A stretch of DNA of 64,000 nt from a virus (Duplodnaviria > Caudoviricetes): IMG/VR virus record IMGVR_UViG_3300036987_000008, positions 2,551-66,550 of that record; one strand, written 5' to 3'. The position numbers and the translations under genes were made by a program. A model generated the notes under the pieces. It was not told the DNA's origin, did not search any database, and worked only from the letters and a program-made list of their open reading frames with translations. Numbering within the stretch: position 1 is the stretch's first letter; every line of letters begins with the position of its first letter. Below, one piece after another: positions 55,108-63,700 of this stretch.

Positions 55108-55135
55108 TTGCATCATGCTACGCATTCTATACTAT
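55108..55135 (+). promoter_or_regulatory. Putative sigma70 promoter for the first rightward gene
   Basis: TTGCAT, 16 bp, TACTAT. Confidence 0.4.
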
Positions 55136-55212
55136 GGGAACTGTAGCAAGTAGGGGCAACACCATAGGGTTATGCCTTGTTACCTGCTACATATTACTGG
55201 AGATTATCAGCT

Positions 55213-55893
55213 ATGAAAAACGCAAACACAAAGAACGAAGTTATCCGCACTAAGAACATGGGCTCAGCCGTCCAGTCCTATATCAGTGCAATAGAACAGG
55301 CAAACGTAAGCAAGGACGCCGCATACGCCTCACTGCGTAAAGCTGTGCGTGATGGCATAGCATCAGGTATCAAGGGTAACAAGCTTGCCTATGCCGAGTA
55401 TCGCCGCCGTGTTACCTACTGCGCTGATAAAATCTTTGCTAGTGGGGTTAGTACAGCATCCACGGCAAAGACAATAGCGGATACCCTAATCCGCGGTATG
55501 AAAGCGGACGGATGGACTCCACCTGCTCAGGTACTGGACGATAGCGAAAAGGCTGAGAAGGCGCGCGCTATCGCCGCCAATGTTAAGGCAAAACAGCGCG
55601 CTTTGACTAAAATCAAAGCTGAGCTGAAAAAGGCTGAAGCCGGACGCAAGTGGAGAGAAGGCGAGCTAGCCGAACTCGCTGAAGTTCGGTACGCTGAACA
55701 GCGTGATGAAACGAAAGACCAGAAGGCACAGCAAAAGGCAGTAGCATCAAAGCTTGAAGGCACAACAGGCTTTAATGTCCTAGCCTTTCCGAAAGAAGTA
55801 AAGGACGGCAAGTATTCCGATGGCGCATTGCCTCGCAGTTTGGCGGCATTCGCGGCATTCATCCAGACCTTCAAAGAAGAAACGGCAGAATAA
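55213..55893 (+). CDS. Basic Ala/Lys-rich helical early protein
   Basis: GGAG SD before ATG 55213; followed by a terminator. Confidence 0.75.
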   Translation: MKNANTKNEVIRTKNMGSAVQSYISAIEQANVSKDAAYASLRKAVRDGIASGIKGNKLAYAEYRRRVTYCADKIFASGVSTASTAKTIADTLIRGMKADGWTPPAQVLDDSEKAEKARAIAANVKAKQRALTKIKAELKKAEAGRKWREGELAELAEVRYAEQRDETKDQKAQQKAVASKLEGTTGFNVLAFPKEVKDGKYSDGALPRSLAAFAAFIQTFKEETAE

Positions 55894-55903
55894 GTAACCC
55901 ACT

Positions 55904-55932
55904 AACCCCACCCGAAAGGGTGGGGTTTTTTT
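55904..55932 (+). terminator. Intrinsic terminator
   Basis: AACCCCACCC-GAAA-GGGTGGGGTT followed by T5. Confidence 0.88.
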
Positions 55933-55951
55933 GCGCCTGCGTTTTGGCATA

Positions 55952-55975
55952 GGACAGCAGTTTGAACTGCTGTCC
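55952..55975. repeat. 24-bp palindromic element (followed by T9, terminator-like)
   Basis: GGACAGCAGT-TTGA-ACTGCTGTCC. Confidence 0.92.
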
Positions 55976-56082
55976 TTTTTTTTTGCGCCCGCGTTTTGAG
56001 ATCGAAGGAACAAGTGTTGATGCCGCAGGTGTGCGTTCGCACGCGCGACAGCGCGCGCCGCGTGGCGTAGCCACGGGACGAA

Positions 56083-56106
56083 GGACAGCAGTTTGAACTG
56101 CTGTCC
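56083..56106. repeat. 24-bp palindromic element
   Basis: GGACAGCAGT-TTGA-ACTGCTGTCC. Confidence 0.92.
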
Positions 56107-56169
56107 GCAGGAACACTTGTTCCCGACCTGCCGAGGGCTTGCCGCGCGTGTGTAAAGATAGTAATGGAA

Positions 56170-56193
56170 GGACAGCAGTTTGAACTGCTGTCC
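56170..56193. repeat. 24-bp palindromic element
   Basis: GGACAGCAGT-TTGA-ACTGCTGTCC. Confidence 0.92.
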
Positions 56194-56632
56194 ATAGGTG
56201 AAACTGGGCGTTACGACGACGGTTACGTTTGGTGCCTCTGTAACCCAATAGGCACGGGGCGTGTAGACAATGTTACGCCCGAATTCGTGCAAGGTCGGGC
56301 ATGGGATGTAGTCAGGGCATGGGTGGTGTGGTGTTTAGTAGTAGTAGTATTAATATAAATATATAGTAAGAGGGTAAATATATATTTTTAGAGGGCGGAA
56401 AGCGAGGCGGGGATTGTAAAGTGCTAGCAGGAAGAAAAGATCGAAATGGAGGAGCCGAAAGACACCTCGTTCAAATATCCTACTTCGTTAACATGGCGAC
56501 ACGAACCCTTATTTTGTAAAGTAGGCTCATTGCCCAATGGGTTTGAGAGCGTAACTACCCCGAACCCGCCACGCCCCCAAAAACACCCCATTTCACCCCT
56601 TCCGCCTATATAGAATAAGGCGTAACCACAAA

Positions 56633-57181
56633 TCACCCTTTCGTAGATACGCCGCTATCGCTCTTATTTAGAGGCTCGGGACGCCTTCCTTCTTGTATAT
56701 CAATGAGTTGCTGCTGATACTGCAAGGTGATTGCGAGGATGTGGTCGTTACGAACAGCCCTAGCTTTTTCTAATCTTGCAGTATTTTGTAGTTTGCGATC
56801 TCTCGCATCCATGCGCTTCAGCTGCTGTTTGTCAACCGCGATAGCTTTTAGGTACTGCGACTTCGCAAATTTCAGCCTTGACAAACGCAACAACTCATCC
56901 GTTTTTGCCGCCGCCCGCACCTCCCGAACCACCTCTCGATGCTCTATACGCGCAAACGACCTAGCATTCTCCACCTTCAAAGCATACGCCTCCCGCTTTG
57001 CTCTCTTTGCGCGGCAAACCCGACACTCACTACTCCATGTATCGGGCTGATACTTAACCTTGCCGTCCGTGCCGATGTATCGGAAGTCCTTATGGTGTTT
57101 ATGACTGATGCGATACTCGCGGGCTTCTTTAACCTGACCGCAACAGGCACAGGTGGTAGGAACAAGCTTCGGTTCACTCAT
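56633..57181 (-). CDS. Basic protein with N-terminal Zn finger
   Basis: CACCG...ECRVC; ATGA-type coupling with the upstream gene. Confidence 0.65.
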   Translation of the reverse strand: MSEPKLVPTTCACCGQVKEAREYRISHKHHKDFRYIGTDGKVKYQPDTWSSECRVCRAKRAKREAYALKVENARSFARIEHREVVREVRAAAKTDELLRLSRLKFAKSQYLKAIAVDKQQLKRMDARDRKLQNTARLEKARAVRNDHILAITLQYQQQLIDIQEGRRPEPLNKSDSGVSTKG

Positions 57182-57956
57182 GGCTCGCCCCTTCGATCTC
57201 GGCTAACTTCCTCGCAATAGCCTTGCCCAGTGAGCTATGCTTACCCTGACCTTCGCCGTCCTGCGTCCCCGCTACGCGGCGGGCTTCGGATACCTTCTGT
57301 GCATACTCAGCGTCCCCTTCTTTCAACCACGTCCGCTCGCGGAAGTCCTCTAACTTCTGCTCGTACTGCGTGACGAGCTTGCTTATGGTGGTCAGGTTTA
57401 CCCCCTCTCGTAACATCCGTTCGCGAGGCATATCCAACTTTTTGCGGAGTTGGTTTATGTGGTCGAGCAGGTTGCGTTCTACCCGCAACGCTTCTCTTAT
57501 GGCGACCCCGTCCGCAGTAACCCGATTTATCTCATCCCGCATGGCACGCACCTTTGCGATTATTTCTTTCTTCGTACCTGCTCGGAACACAGTCGACATA
57601 CCACCCACCCCACGAGCGCGAGCTGTTTCCATATCGCGGCACAGATGGCAATGCCCGAACGCGCCCGCGCCCTTGAGGAACGCATCGGCGCTACGATACC
57701 CATGACAGTTCGGACAATGCCTAGCGCCCTTGCGGTTGCGTTTGGCGCGGGTGGTCAGTGCGTGGTCGCGGCGTTGGCAATCTGCTTTGAACGCTTGGGT
57801 GTAATACTTCCTCTTATACGCAACCGCTAGCTCGGAGTGCGTAGCACACAGAGTACACCGAGGCGCTGATCGCAAGTCATCCTGCCCCCACTTATCTTTC
57901 TTGTACACCGTAGCGCCACGCTTGCCGCAGTCCGCACACTTATCTACATCAGCCAT
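57174..57956 (-). CDS. Multi-CxxC Zn-finger/coiled-coil protein
   Basis: AAGGAG SD before ATG 57956; CADC, CTLC, CPNC, CHLC. Confidence 0.7.
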   Translation of the reverse strand: MADVDKCADCGKRGATVYKKDKWGQDDLRSAPRCTLCATHSELAVAYKRKYYTQAFKADCQRRDHALTTRAKRNRKGARHCPNCHGYRSADAFLKGAGAFGHCHLCRDMETARARGVGGMSTVFRAGTKKEIIAKVRAMRDEINRVTADGVAIREALRVERNLLDHINQLRKKLDMPRERMLREGVNLTTISKLVTQYEQKLEDFRERTWLKEGDAEYAQKVSEARRVAGTQDGEGQGKHSSLGKAIARKLAEIEGASHE

Positions 57957-57987
57957 GATAGTTCTCCTTTGGTTAACAGCTGACCGC

Positions 57988-58015
57988 ATAATACTCGGTA
58001 CTATAAAAATTGCAA
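57988..58015 (-). promoter_or_regulatory. Putative leftward sigma70 promoter
   Basis: TTGCAA, 16 bp, TATTAT on the minus strand. Confidence 0.55.
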
Positions 58016-58076
58016 GTGCGTATTTTAGTTTCGAGGTAGTTCGCCTCTGAACCCCAATAACGACGGTATCGTTTAC

Positions 58077-58105
58077 TTGACAGTGGTGTCATACTCCTGT
58101 ATAAT
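58077..58105 (+). promoter_or_regulatory. Consensus sigma70 early promoter
   Basis: TTGACA (58077-58082), 17 bp, TATAAT (58100-58105). Confidence 0.9.
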
Positions 58106-58147
58106 GGTTACATTGGATGGGAGAAGTAAGCCCTTCCGATACCCGAT

Positions 58148-58171
58148 GGACAGCAGTTCGGACTGCTGTCC
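58148..58171. repeat. 24-bp palindromic element
   Basis: GGACAGCAGT-TCGG-ACTGCTGTCC. Confidence 0.92.
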
Positions 58172-58218
58172 TTTGTTCGACTACCGATGTAGTCGGTTTA
58201 CAAACTGAGGAGTTAATC

Positions 58219-58374
58219 ATGACTGGAAACAAATGCGACAACTGTCAGGCGCAGTTCAACTGCGTAAGCGAGAGCGGCAACTGCGATGAGGCGAAGGAAC
58301 GGTATGTTCCTTTGGAAGACGAGGAGGTGGTGTGGCTTGTCATCGACCACGATGTCGAGGGCACTGCACCCTGA
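58219..58374 (+). CDS. Small Cys-rich early protein
   Basis: GAGGAG SD; CDNC...C...C. Confidence 0.55.
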   Translation: MTGNKCDNCQAQFNCVSESGNCDEAKERYVPLEDEEVVWLVIDHDVEGTAP

Positions 58375-58392
58375 CGTGCGAACAAGTTTCAC

Positions 58393-58416
58393 GGACAGCA
58401 GTTCGGACTGCTGTCC
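58393..58416. repeat. 24-bp palindromic element
   Basis: GGACAGCAGT-TCGG-ACTGCTGTCC. Confidence 0.92.
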
Positions 58417-58439
58417 TTAACTAATCTAAGGAGAGAATC

Positions 58440-58841
58440 ATGGCAACAGCACACGAGGTACGCTCGGCGTACATAGCATCACATCAGCAAGACCTGTTCA
58501 GTATGTTCTTTGTCGGCGACATTCGCCCACTCATCGAGGATAAACAGCACACCTCGAACGAACAGCTTTTCTCTGGCAACAGCGTCCGACTAGTCGGCGG
58601 CACGAACGCATACTGGAAGCACATGGACGGTTACTTCTTCGTGTGCGGCAACGCGGTCGAGATGAAGGACTTGTATGATGTGATGATTCACAGCTACGAG
58701 CTGATTAAGATCGATATCAACGGGGTCGAGGTGATAAGCATCCGAGCCTTGCCCCGCACGCAGAAACAAACAACCGTTGAAGTTGCGTTAACGGTATTCG
58801 ACTTCACAGAGCGTGCCGAGCAAGCATTCTTTGAACGCTAG
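58440..58841 (+). CDS. Hypothetical early protein
   Basis: AAGGAG SD; 133 aa. Confidence 0.7.
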   Translation: MATAHEVRSAYIASHQQDLFSMFFVGDIRPLIEDKQHTSNEQLFSGNSVRLVGGTNAYWKHMDGYFFVCGNAVEMKDLYDVMIHSYELIKIDINGVEVISIRALPRTQKQTTVEVALTVFDFTERAEQAFFER

Positions 58842-58849
58842 GAGGCATC

Positions 58850-59107
58850 ATGAAACTCATCAAGTACCGTGTCAATGGTAAGACACACATCGATCGATTG
58901 GTGCGTGCCGACACACCGCAGTTCGCTACCGAGCCGCACATCTTGGTGGAACGTAACATCTGGTTGCAGTACGCATGGCGCACATCCATGTGGTTTGCAT
59001 TGTCCGAAGTGCAGGTGGAATGGATACAGGAGTTCTGCGGCGACAGTACCGCTGACTGGGCGTTCCACCCGTGTGAGAACGAGGAGAGCGAGCATGAAAC
59101 GCACTAG
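58850..59107 (+). CDS. Hypothetical early protein
   Basis: GGAGG SD; 85 aa. Confidence 0.65.
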   Translation: MKLIKYRVNGKTHIDRLVRADTPQFATEPHILVERNIWLQYAWRTSMWFALSEVQVEWIQEFCGDSTADWAFHPCENEESEHETH

Positions 59108-59235
59108 CCAAGTGCAGGGTCGCGTGTACGTTGCATGGATACAAGCATTCAAGGAGGCACTCGATGCGGGGCGCGAGTGGTCTTATCTTTCACCAGTACG
59201 CCCCACACAACTGCGTTTATTTTAAGGAGATTATC

Positions 59236-59454
59236 ATGAAGACGTTGGACTATACCGTAGCACCGCTGTCGCTTGTCATCGCCCGTCATGAGGCGGAACA
59301 TCGCGCGGCACAGCATCAAGTAGGCATTCAAACTGCCAAGTTCTACCATATGCACGGAGACCTGTGTGCTATCGCACAGGAGGAACTGCGCTTGTACGAC
59401 ACATACAAGACAGCTAACGACAAAATCGATCGATTGGAGGTGCGTCATGACTGA
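59236..59454 (+). CDS. Hypothetical early protein
   Basis: AAGGAG SD before ATG 59236. Confidence 0.6.
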   Translation: MKTLDYTVAPLSLVIARHEAEHRAAQHQVGIQTAKFYHMHGDLCAIAQEELRLYDTYKTANDKIDRLEVRHD

Positions 59455-59725
59455 ACGGACAATCAAGTGCAACAGTAAGGAAGAATTCCACAACGAACTT
59501 AAGCGTAGCCTCGCCGAGTTCACCAACGATGTTGTCGATGCCGAGCCGTTGGGCATACTGGCTATCGTGGACTATGGCGAAACAACGCAGGTACTGCGCG
59601 TAGGTAGCGAGCGTGCTCTGTTGTCTATCGATCGTGAGCTGGAACGTCCGAACATCGTTCGTATAAATGTAGCATGGTACGTCTTGGTGTTCGCACTCGG
59701 ACTGCTGTTGGGCGTGTGGTTGTAG
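59447..59725 (+). CDS. Small protein with C-terminal TM helix
   Basis: GGAGG SD; ends VAWYVLVFALGLLLGVWL. Confidence 0.6.
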   Translation: MTERTIKCNSKEEFHNELKRSLAEFTNDVVDAEPLGILAIVDYGETTQVLRVGSERALLSIDRELERPNIVRINVAWYVLVFALGLLLGVWL

Positions 59726-59752
59726 GAACAAGCATCATTTTGTAGCACCCTC

Positions 59753-59776
59753 GGACAGCAGTTTGAACTGCTGTCC
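59753..59776. repeat. 24-bp palindromic element
   Basis: GGACAGCAGT-TTGA-ACTGCTGTCC. Confidence 0.92.
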
Positions 59777-59805
59777 TTAATCGTAATCAATTAGGAGATT
59801 TAATC

Positions 59806-60873
59806 ATGGCTAAAGCCAATACAGTAGCACAAGTAAAAGACCTTTCCCTTCGTCAAATCGTGCAGTTGATTACTGCGTGCGGTAACAACGTGGCGTTTCA
59901 CCTCGAAGGTGAGCCAGGGGTCGGCAAGTCCTCTATCCTCGAAATGCTCAAGAAGTTGTTGGGTGAGAGCAAGTATGACTTCGTGTATGTGGACTGCCCG
60001 TTGATTGACTTGCCTGACTTCGCCATGCCGTATGTGGCGGACGGGGTAACGCACTACGCACCAAGCGCGATGTGGAAACTCAAATCCAACAAGCCGAAGG
60101 TCGTGATGTTGGACGAGCTGTCCAAAGCACCGAACGTGGTCAAGCCTATGTTCACGCGCTTGGTGCTTGAGCGTTGCATCGGTGAGTTCGACTTGCCAGA
60201 GGGTAGCATCGTGTTCAGCACCGGCAACTACGCATCGGACGGTGTGGGCGACTCCATGCAAGGGCACGTTAACAATCGTGTCGGTAAGATAAGCGTGGCG
60301 AAGCCAACGCAAGAGGAGTGGATTGAGTGGGCTATCCTCAATGAAGTGAACGGGGGCATCATCTCTGTCGTTCACCAGATGCCTCAGCTGTTGCAGTCGT
60401 ACAAGGACGACCCGAAGGGCGAGAACGAATACATCTTCAACCCCAAACGTAATACGGGGGCGTTCGTATCGCCACGCTCGCTAGCGAAGGCGGGGTTCAT
60501 CCTCGACCATCGTGAACAGTTCGGCAACGACCTGACTCTTGAAGCACTCAAGGGCATCATCGGGGTCAGCGCGGCGGCTGAGTTCATCACTATCTTGGAC
60601 GTAGCCGACAGCTTGCCTACTTGGGAAGCGATCGAAAAGAATCCGACCAAGACCGAGATACCGAAGTCGAAGGCGGCGCAGTTGCTGTTGCTGTTCGGGT
60701 CTATCTCTCGCGTGAACAAGAAGAATGCCGAGGCATACACCTCGTACTTCTACCGCTACGAGGATGAACTGAAGATGTTGTGGGCGCGTCAGTTCAAGAA
60801 CAAACTCGAAGCGGTGATGGGCGTGAAGGAGTTCCGTGAGACGCTCGTTGCGTGCCATTGGATATTTTCGTAA
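59806..60873 (+). CDS. MoxR-like AAA+ ATPase
   Basis: Walker A GEPGVGKS; Walker B VVMLDE; STGN; SPRSL. Confidence 0.9.
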   Translation: MAKANTVAQVKDLSLRQIVQLITACGNNVAFHLEGEPGVGKSSILEMLKKLLGESKYDFVYVDCPLIDLPDFAMPYVADGVTHYAPSAMWKLKSNKPKVVMLDELSKAPNVVKPMFTRLVLERCIGEFDLPEGSIVFSTGNYASDGVGDSMQGHVNNRVGKISVAKPTQEEWIEWAILNEVNGGIISVVHQMPQLLQSYKDDPKGENEYIFNPKRNTGAFVSPRSLAKAGFILDHREQFGNDLTLEALKGIIGVSAAAEFITILDVADSLPTWEAIEKNPTKTEIPKSKAAQLLLLFGSISRVNKKNAEAYTSYFYRYEDELKMLWARQFKNKLEAVMGVKEFRETLVACHWIFS

Positions 60874-60883
60874 GCGTACCACA

Positions 60884-60907
60884 GGACAGCAGTTCAACCT
60901 GCTGTCC
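60884..60907. repeat. 24-bp palindromic element (reverse orientation, one mismatch)
   Basis: GGACAGCAGT-TCAA-CCTGCTGTCC. Confidence 0.88.
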
Positions 60908-60943
60908 ACACCCCTACGGGGTTAGTAATCAAAGGAGATAATC

Positions 60944-61342
60944 ATGGGGTATCGAAGTGAAGTCGCGTTGTATGCACGTCACCCTCGGGTGAAGGAGATG
61001 CTCGCGCAGTATGCCGAGCACAATGAGTTGTTCCAAGAGGCGCTGATGGGTCGGCAAGAGCACACCTGTCTACGCAACTTCAAGATGTCCGAGCCAGAGT
61101 ACCGCACGTCTTGGGTGCTGTTCGAGTGGGAGGATATCAAGTGGTACTCGGGCTCATCGTGGGTAGACAGCACGATGAAGTTCGTGGAGGAACTCGGTGC
61201 GATGTGTGATGCCGAGGGTGGCGACAACTGCGTATCGTTCTGTCGCATAGGTGAGGACAGCGATGACGTCGAGCGTCTGTTCTACGGTGATGAAGCATAC
61301 AACTACGTCGATGTTAGTCGTAGTATGGAAATCAATATTTAA
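60944..61342 (+). CDS. Conserved hypothetical phage protein
   Basis: MGYRSEV...WEDIKWY...FCRIGED.DD.E. Confidence 0.8.
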   Translation: MGYRSEVALYARHPRVKEMLAQYAEHNELFQEALMGRQEHTCLRNFKMSEPEYRTSWVLFEWEDIKWYSGSSWVDSTMKFVEELGAMCDAEGGDNCVSFCRIGEDSDDVERLFYGDEAYNYVDVSRSMEINI

Positions 61343-61352
61343 GGAGATGATC

Positions 61353-61865
61353 ATGGCTTTCAAAACTTTTTCTGTTAACCAATCGTGGAAGGACATACAG
61401 AAGAACGGGGTGCGTCAAGTGCCTCGCTTGTACAACGAACTGTTGGAGTGTTGGGACGCGGCGAGTGCTCGTCAGCTAGCATCAGGTGGACTCATGCTCA
61501 TCCGTGATGTGCGTATGTTCAAGATCGATGACCGCTTCGATTTCGAGTTCTCGGGCTACAAGTTCTACTCTATCAACGACAAGAACATAGCGACCGCATA
61601 CCCTGCGCCTATTGCGAGTGCGCAGTTGGACGGGCGGTACCAATTCCTTACTGGTCGGCATCTGTATCCTGACAGGCACGGTGTGCTGACGTTGTACCGC
61701 GCGTTCATTCGCGGTGAGTATGTGCAGGGGCAGGACTACAACGAGTGCAACACCCTGCGCGCAGTCGAGGAGTTCAACCCGACTGTAGTGTACGACAAGC
61801 CCATAACGTGGGACATGGGGTTGATTATGGCAACGATGAAGTTAATCAAACAAGAGGAGTATTGA
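61353..61865 (+). CDS. Hypothetical early protein
   Basis: AAGGAG SD before ATG 61353. Confidence 0.7.
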   Translation: MAFKTFSVNQSWKDIQKNGVRQVPRLYNELLECWDAASARQLASGGLMLIRDVRMFKIDDRFDFEFSGYKFYSINDKNIATAYPAPIASAQLDGRYQFLTGRHLYPDRHGVLTLYRAFIRGEYVQGQDYNECNTLRAVEEFNPTVVYDKPITWDMGLIMATMKLIKQEEY

Positions 61866-61896
61866 CGCGAACCCCGCAACTACCATACACGAGAAC

Positions 61897-61925
61897 TTGC
61901 CAAAGCCTTTACAATAACTTATAGT
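61897..61925 (+). promoter_or_regulatory. Putative sigma70 promoter in front of the HNH gene
   Basis: TTGCCA, 17 bp, TATAGT. Confidence 0.55.
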
Positions 61926-61953
61926 GTTGGCACGACATGACATTGGAGGTTCT

Positions 61954-62430
61954 ATGATTACACACGATAGGTTGGTAGAGGTGCTCGCATATGATGCAGA
62001 TACGGGCGTGTTCACTTGGCGCAAGGCTACGAACCTGCACATCGTGGTAGGAAGCGCGGCGGGGAGTATTGTGGGTAGAGGGTACTTGCAGGTACGCATA
62101 GACAAGCGCAACTATCAAGCGCATAGGCTTGCGTGGTTGTATGTGTACGGGTGTTGGCCTGCGGGGTCGATAGACCACATCAATGGGGTTAAGTTAGACA
62201 ACCGTGTATGTAACCTGCGGGATGTAACCCACGCCCACAACATGCAGAACCAACACCGAGCGCATAAGAACAGTAAGACCGGTGTGCTAGGTGTGTCCAT
62301 GAACGGTGCTGGGTTCACAGCAGCGATAAAGGTAGGTGGTAAGCGGTATGGTCTAGGTACTTATAAAACGGTAGCCGAGGCTGGCGAGGCGTATCAAGTA
62401 GCGAAACGTAAATTACATATAAGGAGATGA
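61954..62430 (+). mobile_element. HNH homing endonuclease with AP2-like C-terminus
   Basis: Y.AHRLAWLY..G.WP...IDHINGVKLDNR..NLR; SKTGVLGV...F.A.I...LG.Y.T..EA..AY. Confidence 0.88.
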
Positions 62431-62434
62431 TCAA

Positions 62435-63688
62435 ATGGCTACATACACAGTGCTGCAGAGATTGCAAAGAGGGCGTATGGCTCTCATGTCGCACCAGAGT
62501 TGGTGCCTCTACTCAGGGATACTGATGATGGGGGAGTTCGGTGTGCGGAAGGACATACCTACGGCGTGTACTAATGGGCGAGATGTGTGGTTTGGCGAGC
62601 AGTTCGTATCCACCCTCACCGATGCAGAGATACGGTTCTTGATACTGCACGAGTGTGAGCACAAGGCGTTGCGTCAGCTGACAACGTATGCCTTCTTGTC
62701 GAAGAAAGACCCAAAGCTGTGCAACATCGCGATGGACCACGTTGTGAATCTGCGCATCATGGATGGTGATGACGGTGAGGGTTTCATCAAGCTGATTGAC
62801 GGCGCGTGCTACGACACCAAGTATCGCGGGTGGTCAACGAAGCAAGTGTTCGATGACCTGATGCAGAATGGCGGAGGTAGCGGCAAGGGTAAAGGTAAGG
62901 GCAAGGGCGCGCCTGACCAAGGGCAGGGTGATGGCAACCCAACTGCGGGCGACGAACAAGGTTCAATGGACGAGCACGATATCGAAGGTGCTGAAGCGTT
63001 GACCCAAGAGGAGAAGGATGAGCTGAAGAAGGATATCGAACAGGCTATCCGTCAAGGTGGTTTGCTCGCAGGTAAGAACGGCGGCGGTTCAAAGAATCGT
63101 TTGGATGACGTACTGGAATCACAGATACGTTGGCAAGAGATTCTCGCCGAGTTTATCAAGTCTGTTACTAAAGGACGGGATAGCTCATCGTGGTCGCGTA
63201 TCAATCGCCGTTGGGTATCGTCAGGTATGTATCTGCCTAGCACCGTGTCTGAAACTATCGGTGGGTTGTTGCTAGCAGGTGATGCCTCTGGGTCTACTTG
63301 GTCAGGCAATCAGCTCGCAGGTTTCTTGGGCGAAGCGAAGGCTATCATCGAAGACGTAGTGCCTGACTTCGTGGACTTTATGTGGTGGGATACCAAGGTG
63401 CAAGTGGTGCATCACTTCGTGCCGGAGGACTACCCAACGATGATCGAAAAGATTAAGGAGATTGTCGGAGGTGGAGGTACTGCCCCATCGTGCATCACGG
63501 ATTGGATTAAAGAACAAAAGCCAAAACTGGACTACGTTGCCGCCGTTGTCTTAACTGACGGGCAGGTCGGCAACGACTGGGGCGACTGGACTGGTGCGGC
63601 GGAGATGCCGGTACTATTTTGTGTGAACACCAAGGGTATCACCGCACCCATCGGTCAGACTCTGTATATCGCAGAAGCAGACTTTTAA
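62435..63688 (+). CDS. HExxH metallopeptidase (DUF2201-like) fused to a vWA domain
   Basis: PTACTNG; LHECEH; MIDAS DASGS; GGGT; VVLTDG. Confidence 0.88.
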   Translation: MATYTVLQRLQRGRMALMSHQSWCLYSGILMMGEFGVRKDIPTACTNGRDVWFGEQFVSTLTDAEIRFLILHECEHKALRQLTTYAFLSKKDPKLCNIAMDHVVNLRIMDGDDGEGFIKLIDGACYDTKYRGWSTKQVFDDLMQNGGGSGKGKGKGKGAPDQGQGDGNPTAGDEQGSMDEHDIEGAEALTQEEKDELKKDIEQAIRQGGLLAGKNGGGSKNRLDDVLESQIRWQEILAEFIKSVTKGRDSSSWSRINRRWVSSGMYLPSTVSETIGGLLLAGDASGSTWSGNQLAGFLGEAKAIIEDVVPDFVDFMWWDTKVQVVHHFVPEDYPTMIEKIKEIVGGGGTAPSCITDWIKEQKPKLDYVAAVVLTDGQVGNDWGDWTGAAEMPVLFCVNTKGITAPIGQTLYIAEADF

Positions 63689-63700
63689 TGTAGTACCACA

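Noticed and set aside
55952-56193. Three identical 24-bp palindromes as a mini CRISPR array
   Set aside because: The spacers are 107 and 63 bp, irregular and too long. The same unit is dispersed singly elsewhere, and there are no cas genes (the Cas4-like nuclease is an ordinary phage exonuclease).
56221-56290. HDV-like ribozyme (P4 hairpin followed by CGAAT)
   Set aside because: There is no room or complementarity for P2/P3 between the P1 strands; it is kept only as a generic pseudoknot candidate.
37713-62430. Group I/II introns hosting the homing endonucleases
   Set aside because: The flanking genes (endolysin, MCP, GroES, scaffold, vWA protein) are intact, uninterrupted ORFs, so the endonucleases are free-standing.
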